Both the position numbers and the translations under genes were made by a program. Below are positions 28,701 to 37,921 of a stretch of DNA of 44,264 bases, piece after piece. Position 1 is the stretch's first letter; each line of letters opens with the position of its first letter. Below the pieces are notes generated by a model. It did no database searches, was not told the origin of the DNA, and saw only the letters and a list, made by a program, of their open reading frames with translations. The DNA is from an uncultured bacterium (lineage in GTDB: Bacteria; Verrucomicrobiota; Verrucomicrobiia; Limisphaerales; JACDHS01): assembly GCA_966095605.1 (NCBI GenBank), contig CBHTTJ010000019.1, positions 1 through 44,264 on the forward strand. The letters run 5' to 3'.

Positions 28701-31157
28701 ATCGCGCGAGTCACCGGCAGCATTGTTGGTTTCAATGCCGCCAACTTTACCATCGTGACCAATGTGTCCAACGGAACGAGCGGTTTTGCCAATGCTACTT
28801 TTGGTGGAAAGTTCTCGCTCCAGGTCGTGGGTAAAGAACTACTTCTGGTTTACGTTGCGCCCCCATCGATTACCACATTGGCGGCAACGAATGTGACGGA
28901 TGTCAGCGGCTGGTTCAATGGGACGGTGAATCCGAAAACATTATCCACGACGGTCTATTTCGAATTCGGCACCACCACGAATTATGGCAGCCAGACAGCT
29001 CCGCTTTCCGCGGGAAATGGTTCCAGCCCCGTTGGCTTCACCCAATCTGTGAGCAATCTATTTAGCGGTATCGTTTATCATTATCGCGCCGTCGCGACTT
29101 TCAGCAGTGGTACTAATTTTGGTGCGGACAGGACGCTGACCACGCTGCAAACGGCGGTAACATTGCCCGCCACGAGTGTGACGACCACGAGCGCCGTGTT
29201 GAATGCGAAAATCAATTTGGCGGTTCGGAATGCTTATTTTCAATATTGGCCAACCGCCGGGGGCGCCACGAATACGACGGCTGTTGGCTCGACTGATAGT
29301 CCGTCTGGATTGGTCTTTACCGCTCCGAGTAACCAGCATATCTACGTGACCAACCCCGTTGCTCCGGTGGGCAATTCGTCTTACACGATTGAGGCCTGGG
29401 TGAGACCGAGTATCATGGGAACCTACGGCATTATAGGTTGGGGAAATTATGGGGGGAGCAACCAGGCGAACGCTCTCCGGCTTTCCGCCAATGGCATTGT
29501 GAATTACTGGGGAACCGGTTCCCAGATTTCAGCTGTCACGGGAGATATCACGGCCAAATGGCATCACATCGCCGCTTCCTATGACGGAGCAAATCGCTTT
29601 CTCTATCTCGACGGCGCGCTCGTTGCCAGTAATTCGGCTTCAGGTTTATCGGTTTCGACGGCGTCGAATCTGACGCTCGCAAAAACCGGCTTCAACGAAT
29701 ACTTCTGGGGCAGCATGGATGACGTGCGGGTCTGGAGCGTTTGCCGGTCGCAGGCAGACATCACCAACCACATGTATCTCGTCTTGAACGGTTCCGAATC
29801 CGGATTGATCAGTTACTGGAAGTTTGACGAAGGCTCGGGAGGAGCGATAACGGATTCCTCGGGCCATAGTGGTACGGGCTATCTGCAAAACTTCCCGATT
29901 TGGCAAGGTGGCGCTCCGACCAGTGTTGGTGCGAACCTTTTCGCCAATGCCAACGGCCTCTCACCGGGCGTCAATTATTCCTTCCGCATTGTCGCGGTGT
30001 ATGACACCGGCACACTCACCGGTTCGAACCTGACCTTTCACACCATCGGTGCCAACGCGAATCTCTCCGCCATCGTTCCGAGTCTGGGAACGCTGACGCC
30101 GTCGTTCAGTTCCAATATCACGAGTTATGCAGTGACTGTGGCGAACACGAACGCGAATATCTCTATCGCCGCAACGAACGCCGATGCTTTCGCTTCGGTG
30201 CAGGTCGGCGTTGGCAATCCGTATATTCCTTCGGCGGATTCGAGATCGTTCTCGCTGAGCTTTGGATCGAATCCCATCACGATCACTGGGAAAGCAGAAA
30301 ACGGTGTGACGACGAAAGGTTATAACGTGACCGTAACACGCCCGTTCGGCACCAATGTTAATCTCTCGAACCTCACCCTCAGTGCCGGGACTCTTACGCC
30401 GACGTTTAATTCGTCCACGTACGTCTACAGCGCCTCGGTGGGAGGTTTGTCGTCCAATGTGTTGATCACAGCGACTGCGGTTGATCCGTATGCGTCGATC
30501 CGGATCAATAGCGGTTCGACAACGACCGGCACGAATGCCGCGAACGTGGCGGTTGCCCTTGGCACGAACACGATCCCGGTGGTTGTGCAATCGCAGGATG
30601 CCGTATCCACCAAAACGAACCTCATTACAATTATCCGTGCGGACGCTCCTTTGGTGGTGACACTCGCGGCGAGTAACGTGGTTTCTGATAGCGCCCTCTT
30701 GAACGGCACCGTGAATCCGCAGGGCGCCGCGACCCTGGCGATATTTAAATGGGGAACGACGACGAACATGAACCAAACCACCACGTCGCAGAATATTCCC
30801 GCGGGTACGAATACTGTGGCCATAACTCAATCGCTGACATCGCTCATTCCGAACACAACAAATTATTTTCAACTCATTGCCAGCAACAGCCAGGGAATTG
30901 TCACCGGCAATATGCTCTCCTTTGTCACTCCTGGTCCACTTGCGATCACGAGCATTACACGACAGGGAAATGGAACTGTTCTCCTTGAGTTCAACGCCAC
31001 CACTGCGGGATTGAGCTACACCTTGCAAGGTTCCACCAACCTGGCGGATTGGCCGTCGATTACCAACTGGCCCACCGTCGTGAGCAATCAGTTCAACTTC
31101 ATGGACATGGACGCCACCAATTATCCGCTGCGATACTATCGGTTAAAGAATCCCTAG
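25746..31157 (+). CDS. Giant secreted/surface multidomain protein (1803 aa). It has a signal peptide, two N-terminal LamG/concanavalin-A-like domains, a beta-helix cap region, a ~230-aa Gly-rich low-complexity region, autotransporter-associated beta-strand (PATR) repeats, FN3-like domains, a third LamG domain, cadherin-like beta-sandwich domains and an unassigned C-terminal segment with no obvious beta-barrel or sorting motif.
   Basis: Signal peptide MKNIGRVTYVLFTVVACALFPSIAHA. Three LamG_3 signatures (MDDVRVWN...SEIQTNM, LSYWKFDEGSG). PATR-like ITVNAGTLQADGNITSNFVLNAGTTVSGSGTVATLNIG. Cadherin-like LSAIVPSLGTLTPSFSSNITSYAVTV. (GGN)n coding region. Confidence 0.85.
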   Translation: MKNIGRVTYVLFTVVACALFPSIAHAQLTTGSALRFNGNNSKVIVNNAPDLSNKSFTIEFWARRFSGNRSDYFVTQGTTLADNNYLHIGFRSENTFTFAFWNNDLNTGADMDQGWHHWACTFNSANRNRIIYRDGQIVGNDTATVNFQGTGTMALGGGAGPLDGAVAGMMDDVRVWNVVRTQSEIQTNMSIALTGSESGLLSYWKFDEGSGTTVNDSAGGDNTGTFLNSPTWGTTAMNYGIAFDGSNDYVSVANESSFDFTNACTIEAWIKVDAFTVDWQSIVTKGDTSWRLHRDAGNNGVAFGTTGLSNQDLSGTRNVNDGRWHHVAGVYDGSTKYLYVDGMLDVSLPATGTIANNNMLVNIGANSEVAGRNWNGAIDEVRVWNIARSASQISQNMYTFLAGTESGLIGYWRFSEGGGTIAFDSAVAGGNNDGTLMDGATEGNGPTWPFSSFVVKNYNDSGAGSLRQAILDINSAGSGIVDAQSLSGTINLSSSLPMITGSMTFLGSTNLTVSGNNLYRVFSVNSYPRSLLFSKLVIANGKAQGGSASLGGGGGGAGLGGGVFINSGNVVLSDVRFSGNSAIGGNGGSKGPTGSASSGGGGMGGNSATGDTINGGGGGGLTGAATVGAGGGPSGGAAGVSPTNNGGDGDASVGGGGGGGRSPSGNGGAGGLGGGGGGAGGDSGFSGSIGGRGGNGGFGGGGGGSGISDFTLQGRRGGNGGFGGGAGGNTGNLSETGALPGFGGGGSTTGPQANDRGAGGGGAGLGANIFVRSDNNASLTLIDCTIAAGSVAGGTGGTGASGGMGAGTSFFTINGNTDITVNSGRTETIAGTIAATNTTGLNKYGSGTLVLASTAVVPGTITVNAGTLQADGNITSNFVLNAGTTVSGSGTVATLNIGASTTVSPGNGIGTLNATNSTWSGAGNYNWQLYNASGTAGNGWDLLFVNGNLNLSSASAFKINLWTLAAPGINGVSPLFDANSDYSWPIARVTGSIVGFNAANFTIVTNVSNGTSGFANATFGGKFSLQVVGKELLLVYVAPPSITTLAATNVTDVSGWFNGTVNPKTLSTTVYFEFGTTTNYGSQTAPLSAGNGSSPVGFTQSVSNLFSGIVYHYRAVATFSSGTNFGADRTLTTLQTAVTLPATSVTTTSAVLNAKINLAVRNAYFQYWPTAGGATNTTAVGSTDSPSGLVFTAPSNQHIYVTNPVAPVGNSSYTIEAWVRPSIMGTYGIIGWGNYGGSNQANALRLSANGIVNYWGTGSQISAVTGDITAKWHHIAASYDGANRFLYLDGALVASNSASGLSVSTASNLTLAKTGFNEYFWGSMDDVRVWSVCRSQADITNHMYLVLNGSESGLISYWKFDEGSGGAITDSSGHSGTGYLQNFPIWQGGAPTSVGANLFANANGLSPGVNYSFRIVAVYDTGTLTGSNLTFHTIGANANLSAIVPSLGTLTPSFSSNITSYAVTVANTNANISIAATNADAFASVQVGVGNPYIPSADSRSFSLSFGSNPITITGKAENGVTTKGYNVTVTRPFGTNVNLSNLTLSAGTLTPTFNSSTYVYSASVGGLSSNVLITATAVDPYASIRINSGSTTTGTNAANVAVALGTNTIPVVVQSQDAVSTKTNLITIIRADAPLVVTLAASNVVSDSALLNGTVNPQGAATLAIFKWGTTTNMNQTTTSQNIPAGTNTVAITQSLTSLIPNTTNYFQLIASNSQGIVTGNMLSFVTPGPLAITSITRQGNGTVLLEFNATTAGLSYTLQGSTNLADWPSITNWPTVVSNQFNFMDMDATNYPLRYYRLKNP

Positions 31158-31267
31158 AACCGGTTTCATAAGCAGGAAGGCGCGCGTTGCCGAAGCCCAG
31201 GAAAGGCCGCCGTAAATTGATCCGCCCTGTGAGCATGAGACAAACCGACAGGAGAAAGGAAACGGAA

Positions 31268-31352
31268 GAACCACGGAATACGCAGAATACACAGAAGAGG
31301 GAGGAATCTGGAGTTCCCTCTTTTTCTGCGTATTCTGTGTATTCCGTGGTTT
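31268..31352. terminator. Long imperfect hairpin (~35-bp arms, 2 mismatches, 11-nt loop) between the convergent giant gene and the VOC gene. It is a candidate bidirectional terminator or REP-like element.
   Basis: aaccacggaatacgcagaatacacagaagagggag ... ctccctctttttctgcgtattctgtgtattccgtggtt. A T-run is present on the second arm. Confidence 0.5.
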
Positions 31353-31774
31353 TAAATTCTCTTCCATTCCACCGTCCACTCAATGCCATACTTGTCCCTG
31401 AACATGGCGAAGTAGGTTCCCCAGGGACTTTCCGCCATGGGCATTTCAACGGTCCCGCCCGCTGAAAGTCCGTTAAAAATCCTCTCTGCTTCTTCTTTGC
31501 TGTCTGTTGTAACCGCGATCTTGGATCTATTTTCGTTTTCGTTGACTCGTCCCATGCTTTCGGGGACGTCATTTGCGATCAAGACGTTGTTACCGATCGG
31601 CAGAGCAATGCGCATGATTTTATTTGCCTCATTTTCAGGGACTGGAGACTCGGCGCTGGCTATGTCTTTGAAACGAGTAATACCCGCGAATTCCCCGCCA
31701 AAAACAGATTTGTAAAAGGTAAACGCTTCTTCGGCATTTCCGTTGAAGTTAATGTAGGGATTTATCGTTGGCAT
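31352..31774 (-). CDS. VOC-family (glyoxalase/PhnB-like) protein.
   Basis: Family-typical N-terminus MPTINPYINFNGNAEEAFTFYKSVFGGEF and a C-terminal ...PWGTYFAMFRDKYGIEW. The ORF is open to 31822, but Met at 31774 matches the family start. Confidence 0.65.
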   Translation of the reverse strand: MPTINPYINFNGNAEEAFTFYKSVFGGEFAGITRFKDIASAESPVPENEANKIMRIALPIGNNVLIANDVPESMGRVNENENRSKIAVTTDSKEEAERIFNGLSAGGTVEMPMAESPWGTYFAMFRDKYGIEWTVEWKRI

Positions 31775-31904
31775 ATTTATTATCTTTGCACAAAGGCCAC
31801 AGGGGCTGACCATAAAATGCAACCGCCGCGAGCTCTAGTGTAAATACTAAGCCGGAGCTATGTAGAAGGTGAGACACGAATTAGCACGAATTTTTCGGAA
31901 GAGG

Positions 31905-32470
31905 AAGGTGCGAGCTTCTTTTTCCGCCGTGGAAAATTCCCTCAACTCGGTTCTGCTCCAATTTTCCGTCGTGAAAAAAGTCTCCATCCGTCGTCTGGAC
32001 CGATTTTCCGGCGCGGGAAAATGGGGTAACTCGCGGCTGGACCATTTTTCCGTGACGGAAAAACGGGTAACCCGCGGGTTGGACCAATTTCCCGTCGCAA
32101 AAAATTCCGGAAACTCGGCTCGGTAGCTATTTTCCGTCATCGGAAAAGGCGACAGCTGGCGTCTGGACGACTTCGTTTTCGCGGGGACGAGGCCTATCTC
32201 GCGGGTTACCCTGTTTCCGGGCGCAAAATGGCAGGTTTTCCGCGGTTGGACGACTTTCCCGGCGCGGAATTTTCGTCCAGACGACGGTTGGACGGTTTTC
32301 CGACGACGGAAAGTTCGTCCAACCCGGATTTTCACCCCTTTTTTTGGCGGGAAAGAGCTCCAGCTCACGGTTGTCGGAATTTTTTGCGACGGAATTTTGG
32401 TGCGGAAGACGGTTGGAAAAGTTTTCCGGTTCCGGGAATTGGACCTATCCCGCGGGATATCTTTCTGGCG
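31905..32470. repeat. Degenerate tandem-repeat array (~13 units, period 39-46 bp, mostly 41-43). Each unit carries a TTTTCCG-N3-6-CGGAAAA-type palindrome and a GGTTGGAC/GGCTGGAC motif. It belongs to the same family as the 9670-9965 array.
   Basis: TTTTCCG occurrences at 31928, 31971, 32014, 32056, 32098, 32139, ~32185, 32245, 32305, 32430. Perfect palindromes include tttttccg-tga-cggaaaaa (32055-32073) and ttttcc-ggcgcg-ggaaaa. The variable period breaks any reading frame. Confidence 0.75.
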
Positions 32471-32868
32471 GAGGTTGTGGTTCAGCGCTTTGCGTCGAAT
32501 GTTCAAAGTTTAAGGTTCAAAGGTCAAAGTTTTCGGAGGAGGGAAGTTTCAGGAAGCATGCCAAACAATTTACGATGTACGATTGGCGATTGACGCACGG
32601 ATCGGAAAGGAAAGACACGATCCCGCCGCGGCGGGACGAATTAACACGAATTTTTCGGAAGAAGGAAAAGGTAATCGTTTCTTGCTCTATTACACGAGAT
32701 GGCCAGAGCGATTGTCAGAGGTTAAGAAGCGACCGGAGTTGAGTTTAAATTCGCGGAAATTCGTGTCTCAACTGAGCCGTTCATTCCAGATCGTTTTTCC
32801 GTTCACGCAAAAATTGATAAGCAATCAGCAAGATCCGCCGAGGCGCGTGGGAGACCCCGATTTAACGT

Positions 32869-35800
32869 TTGGAAAATAAAGCGGACGCCGTGAATTCATC
32901 CAATTTCTCAACCCTGGACGGCAACGAAGCGACAGCTTCAGTCGCTTACCGTCTCAGCGAAACCATCGCCATCTATCCCATCACACCGTCGTCGGCGATG
33001 GCGGAGTCGTGTGACGAATGGTCTTCCCAACAAAAACCAAATCTCTGGGGCTGCGTGCCGCGCGTGGTGGAGATGCAATCGGAAGCCGGCGCAGCAGGTG
33101 CGGTCCACGGGATGTTGCAGACGGGAGCGATGAGCACAACGTTCACGGCGTCGCAGGGGCTGCTGTTGATGATCCCGAACATGTACAAGATCGCAGGAGA
33201 ACTCCTGCCGTTCTGCATGCACGTCACGGCACGGACGGTGGCCACTCATGCTCTTTCTATTTTCGGTGATCAATCCGACGTGATGGCATGTCGACAGACC
33301 GGGTTTGCGATGCTCGCTTCCGGTTCGGTCCAGGAGGCGCATGACCTGGCCTGTATCGCGCATTCCACCACGTTGAAATCGCGTGTGCCGTTCATGCATT
33401 TCTTCGACGGATTCCGCACCTCACACGAGGTGGCCAAGATTGAAATGCTTGAGGACTCGCATCTTCGTGAAATGATTGATGAAAACGCGGTGCGCGCGTT
33501 TCGTCAGCATGCCCTCACGCCGGACCATCCACAGGTTCGTGGCACGGCGCAGAATCCGGACGTTTTCTTCCAGGCACGCGAAGCCTGCAACGCCTATTAC
33601 GATCGTGTCCCGAACATCGTCCAGGAGGAAATGGATCACTTCGCGAAGTTGACCGGTCGCCGCTACAAACTATTCGATTACGTCGGTCATCCGCACGCGG
33701 AGCGAGTCATTGTCATCATCGGATCTGGCGGCGATACGGCGGAGGAAACGGCGAATTGGCTGAATCACCACGGCGAGAGAGTCGGCGTGCTCAAGGTCCA
33801 TTTGTACCGGCCTTTCTCGATCAAACATTTTGTCGAAGTCCTTCCTTCAACCACACGTCGTATCGCGGTGCTGGATCGGACCAAAGAATCCGGAGCGATC
33901 GGTGAACCGCTATACCTCGATGTTGTGGCGGCGCTGCGCGAAGCCTACGACACCGGGCTTGCTTCTTTCGACGTCGAGCTGCAGGTGGTGGGAGGTCGTT
34001 ACGGACTTTCATCCAAGGAATTCAACCCCGCGATGGTCAAGGCGGTCTTTGACGAGTTGAAGAAACGGACGCCGAAAAATCATTTCACGATTGGGATCGT
34101 CGATGATGTGACACATCGTTCCTTGCCGTTTGATTCTGCTTTTGACATTGAACCGAACGAGGTGGTACGTGCGGTTTTCTTTGGACTCGGCGCGGATGGG
34201 ACCGTTGGTGCAAATAAGAATTCGATCAAAATCATCGGCGAAGAAACGGATCATTACGCTCAGGGCTATTTCGTTTACGACTCCAAGAAGTCCGGGGCGA
34301 TCACGATCTCGCATCTTCGTTTCGGGCCGCATCCGATCAAGTCCTCCTACCTCGTCAAGCGCGCCAACTTTGTGGCGTGTCATCAATGGCCGTTCCTCGA
34401 TCGCTACGATGTTTTGGACTATGCCGGTGAAGGCGCGGTGTTCCTCCTTAATTCCATCTATGCGCCTGGCGACGTTTGGAAATATCTCTCCGCCGAAGTT
34501 CAGCAGAAGATCATCGAGCGAGATTTAAAATTCTACGTCATCGATGCGTATAAAGTGGCGAAGGCTGCGGGGATGGGCGGACGAATCAACACGATCATGC
34601 AGACCTGCTTCTTTGCGATATCCGGAGTTTTGCCGCGCGAAGAAGCGATTGCCCAGATCAAGAAAGCGATTCGGAAGACTTACACCAAAAAGGGCGAAGA
34701 AGTGGTGCAGAAGAATTTCACGGCCGTTGATCAGACCCTGGCGGCCCTGCATGAAGTCAAAGTTCCGACCAGTGCGAACGCCGTCCGTCACATGCCTCCG
34801 GTTGTTCCGAAGGAGGCTCCGAGTTTTGTACAACGAGTCACCAGCGTGATGCTCGCGAACAAGGGCGATTTGTTGCCGGTGAGCGCGTTCCCGGTTGATG
34901 GAACCTGGCCGACGGGAACGACGCGTTGGGAAAAGCGGGCGATTGCACTGGAAGTTCCGGAATGGGATTCAGCCCTTTGCATTCAATGCAACAAATGCAC
35001 GCTCGTCTGTCCACATGCCGCGATCCGCGCGAAATTCTATCCCGCGGGCCACGTCGCCGAATCTCCCGATGGCTTCAAGTCGGTGGACTTTCGTTCCAAC
35101 GAATTCAAAGGGATGAAGTATACGATCCAGGTGGCTCCCGAGGATTGCACGGGTTGCAATCTCTGTATCGCGGTTTGCCCTGCCAAATCGAAGACTGACC
35201 CGACACATCGCGCGATCAACATGGTGCCAATGGAATCGGTGCGCGAAAAGGAACGGGAAAACTTCAAATTTTTCCTGAGCCTGCCGACGCCGGATCGCAC
35301 AAAAATGGACATCAGCGTTAAAGGATCGCAATTCCTCGAGCCACTCATGGAATTTTCCGGCGCGTGCTCGGGATGCGGCGAAACGCCTTACATCAAACTG
35401 CTCACGCAAATGTTTGGCGATCGGTCGCTCATTGCCAACGCCACCGGGTGTTCTTCCATTTACGGCGGCAATCTTCCGACAACACCTTACACGAAGAACC
35501 GCGACGGACGCGGACCGGCGTGGTCCAATTCGCTGTTCGAAGACAATGCCGAATATGGGTTCGGCCAACATATCGGCGTCGAAAAACACACGCAACATGC
35601 GCGTCAGCTGGTGGAAAAGTTTGCCTCACAAGTGGGGCAGGATCTGGCGGATCAATTGTTGACCTGCAAACAAAACACCGAGATTGAAATCGCGGCGCAA
35701 CGTGAGCGCGTGAAAGAACTGCGAACCCGTTTACTCAAAATTGATTCGTTGGATACGGAGCGGCTCTTATTTCTCGCCGATTATCTGGTGAAGAAAACCA

Positions 35801-36468
35801 CATGGATCGTTGGCGGCGACGGCTGGGCTTACGATATTGGTTTCGGCGGGCTCGACCACGTTATCGCGATGAACCCCGACGTGAATATTCTGATCCTGGA
35901 TACTGAGGTTTATTCCAACACGGGTGGACAACAATCGAAATCCACACCGATTGACGCGGGGGCGAAGTTTGCCGTAGCGGGTAAACGCAATTCGAAGAAA
36001 GATCTTGGGCTGATCGCGATGAGCTATGGAACAGCTTACGTCGCGCAGGTCGCGTTGGGCGCGAAGGATTCCCAGACCATCAAAGCCTTTGAAGAAGCAG
36101 AATCGTATAACGGGACCTCGATCATTATCGCTTACAGCCCTTGTATTGCTCATGGTTATCCGTTGGGCTCCGGGCTTGAACAGCAAAAACTTGCCGTCGA
36201 CACGGGCTATTGGCCGCTCTACCGGTTTGATCCTCGCCGGGCTGCCGCGGGAGAACCCGGTCTGAAGCTGGATTCACCGGCCCCCAAAGTTCCGCTCGAA
36301 AAATTCTGGGCCAATGAAACTCGCTTTCAGGTGCTTTCCAGCAAGAGCCCTGAACTGAGCCAACAAATCCTTGAAGCAGCGCAGGTCGAAATCGGAAAAC
36401 GTTATGCAAAATACGAACAATTGGCGGGCGTTCGGTCGACGGGGTCCAGGACGACCGTGACCGCATAA
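32869..36468 (+). CDS. nifJ: Pyruvate:ferredoxin (flavodoxin) oxidoreductase, single-chain type.
   Basis: 1199 aa. PFOR N-terminus LDGNEATASVAYRLSETIAIYPITPSS, two 4Fe-4S motifs (CIQCNKCTLVCPH, CTGCNLCIAVCPA) and TPP motif GGDGWAYDIGFGG. The start is uncertain: TTG 32869 or GTG 32890. Confidence 0.9.
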   Translation: MENKADAVNSSNFSTLDGNEATASVAYRLSETIAIYPITPSSAMAESCDEWSSQQKPNLWGCVPRVVEMQSEAGAAGAVHGMLQTGAMSTTFTASQGLLLMIPNMYKIAGELLPFCMHVTARTVATHALSIFGDQSDVMACRQTGFAMLASGSVQEAHDLACIAHSTTLKSRVPFMHFFDGFRTSHEVAKIEMLEDSHLREMIDENAVRAFRQHALTPDHPQVRGTAQNPDVFFQAREACNAYYDRVPNIVQEEMDHFAKLTGRRYKLFDYVGHPHAERVIVIIGSGGDTAEETANWLNHHGERVGVLKVHLYRPFSIKHFVEVLPSTTRRIAVLDRTKESGAIGEPLYLDVVAALREAYDTGLASFDVELQVVGGRYGLSSKEFNPAMVKAVFDELKKRTPKNHFTIGIVDDVTHRSLPFDSAFDIEPNEVVRAVFFGLGADGTVGANKNSIKIIGEETDHYAQGYFVYDSKKSGAITISHLRFGPHPIKSSYLVKRANFVACHQWPFLDRYDVLDYAGEGAVFLLNSIYAPGDVWKYLSAEVQQKIIERDLKFYVIDAYKVAKAAGMGGRINTIMQTCFFAISGVLPREEAIAQIKKAIRKTYTKKGEEVVQKNFTAVDQTLAALHEVKVPTSANAVRHMPPVVPKEAPSFVQRVTSVMLANKGDLLPVSAFPVDGTWPTGTTRWEKRAIALEVPEWDSALCIQCNKCTLVCPHAAIRAKFYPAGHVAESPDGFKSVDFRSNEFKGMKYTIQVAPEDCTGCNLCIAVCPAKSKTDPTHRAINMVPMESVREKERENFKFFLSLPTPDRTKMDISVKGSQFLEPLMEFSGACSGCGETPYIKLLTQMFGDRSLIANATGCSSIYGGNLPTTPYTKNRDGRGPAWSNSLFEDNAEYGFGQHIGVEKHTQHARQLVEKFASQVGQDLADQLLTCKQNTEIEIAAQRERVKELRTRLLKIDSLDTERLLFLADYLVKKTTWIVGGDGWAYDIGFGGLDHVIAMNPDVNILILDTEVYSNTGGQQSKSTPIDAGAKFAVAGKRNSKKDLGLIAMSYGTAYVAQVALGAKDSQTIKAFEEAESYNGTSIIIAYSPCIAHGYPLGSGLEQQKLAVDTGYWPLYRFDPRRAAAGEPGLKLDSPAPKVPLEKFWANETRFQVLSSKSPELSQQILEAAQVEIGKRYAKYEQLAGVRSTGSRTTVTA

Positions 36469-36571
36469 AGGATCCGGGCCGGGGAAAGAACGGGAAGGTT
36501 CAACCTTTACTCCAGGGAACGAATACCTAATCTTCGGCAGCATTCCCGTATCCGCGGGCAGTTTAGGAACC

Positions 36572-37510
36572 ATGAATTTCTTTCCAGTTCGTTTAAAACA
36601 GATTTTCCCCAATCGATTTCCGCTGATCCTGATCCATACCGCTTTGGTTCTTGTCAGCGCATATGTGCTCACCGGGTGTGTTTCCTCACAAAAGGAATCC
36701 ACGAAATTCAAGAGCTACGTCCTGGATTACAAAACACCCGTCAATTCCGAGCTTCAGCGAAAAGTGGAAAAGATCGATACCGATCTGCGCGCGAAGTACG
36801 GCTTTGGCACCAACTTCTCCGCTGTCGGCGTTCTTGATTTGAACACGTTGCGGCTGGCGCTGGTGAACCCGGATCAGGGCGATTATGCAGCCAGCGTTGC
36901 GAAAGTCGGAATTCTTCTCGCTTACTTTCAGCTCCATCCGGATGCCGCAACTAATCTGGATCCCCAGACCCGCCATGAGCTGGGTATGATGGCGAAGATT
37001 TCCAACAACGAGATGGCCGCGAAATTTTCCAGGGAAATGGGACTGAAGGAAATTCAGAAGGTTCTCAATTCGTACGGTCTTTACGATAAAGATCACGGCG
37101 GCGGCATCTGGGTGGGGCGTCATTACGGGAAAAGCGACGAACGCATTGGAGATCCCGTCGGCGACAATTCCCATGCGGCCACAGTCCGGCAATTGATGCG
37201 CTATTTCCTCTGGCTCGAGCAGGGCAAGCTGGTTTCGCCTCAAGCATCGAAGACCATGCGGGAGATTTTTGAATCACCTGACCTGCCGCACGACGACATT
37301 AAATTTGTGAAAGGCCTTTCGGATCGCGACGTACACATCATCCGCAAATGGGGTTCCTGGCAGAATTGGTTGCACGACAGCGCGGTGGTTACCGGTTACG
37401 GCAGGCACTACATCATTGTCGCGATGACGCATCATCCGAAGGGTGACGAGTATCTGGTCGACCTTTCCAAAGCGGTGGATGACCTGCTGGTTTCCGGAAA
37501 ATCGAAATAG
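36572..37510 (+). CDS. Class A beta-lactamase-like serine hydrolase lipoprotein.
   Basis: Lipobox LTGC. SxxK (SVAK), SNN (SDN-like) and KWG (KTG-like) motifs in the class-A order. Confidence 0.55.
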   Translation: MNFFPVRLKQIFPNRFPLILIHTALVLVSAYVLTGCVSSQKESTKFKSYVLDYKTPVNSELQRKVEKIDTDLRAKYGFGTNFSAVGVLDLNTLRLALVNPDQGDYAASVAKVGILLAYFQLHPDAATNLDPQTRHELGMMAKISNNEMAAKFSREMGLKEIQKVLNSYGLYDKDHGGGIWVGRHYGKSDERIGDPVGDNSHAATVRQLMRYFLWLEQGKLVSPQASKTMREIFESPDLPHDDIKFVKGLSDRDVHIIRKWGSWQNWLHDSAVVTGYGRHYIIVAMTHHPKGDEYLVDLSKAVDDLLVSGKSK

Positions 37511-37525
37511 GCGAGGCGTCATTGC

Positions 37526-37852
37526 ATGAGTGAAGGCGGTGTGTGCAAACTTTGCGGTCGGATCGTGAGTTTCCGAACCCGGCATCATTTGGTCCCGCGC
37601 ACCCGCCATGCAAACAAGCGCAATAAACGGGAGTTCGAACGAGACGACGTTAAAACACGGATTGTTCTTCTCTGTCCCCCTTGTCACGAGCATGTGCACG
37701 CGCTCTTCACGGAGAAGGAGTTGGAACGCGATTACAACACGATGGAGTTATTGTCCGCGCAGCCGGAGATTGCCCGCTTCGTCCAATGGATTCGCAAGAA
37801 GCCGGATGGTTTTAAGCCGATCAGCTACGAGTCCAGGAAGAAGGGGCGATAA
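37526..37852 (+). CDS. Small HNH endonuclease-domain protein (YajD-like).
   Basis: CKLCG...HHLVPR...LLCPPCHEHVH (CxxC...HH...CxxCHxxxH) zinc/HNH signature in 108 aa. Confidence 0.6.
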   Translation: MSEGGVCKLCGRIVSFRTRHHLVPRTRHANKRNKREFERDDVKTRIVLLCPPCHEHVHALFTEKELERDYNTMELLSAQPEIARFVQWIRKKPDGFKPISYESRKKGR

Positions 37853-37921
37853 TCCAAGCCATCGCCGACGGTTGTTTCTTTAGTGGTGTCTATAGGAGTC
37901 CATTCGTGATTCAATGTTGCG

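Noticed and set aside
29961-31028. 355-aa minus-strand ORF.
   Set aside because: It is antisense to the 3' third of the giant gene. Its extreme Arg content is typical of GC-rich antisense frames.
31847-32506. 219-aa minus-strand ORF, plus several plus-strand ORFs, spanning the 42-bp repeat array.
   Set aside because: The repeat unit length varies from 39 to 46 bp, so no frame is preserved. Multiple frames on both strands are open because of composition. The translations are repetitive Arg/Phe/Thr-rich nonsense.
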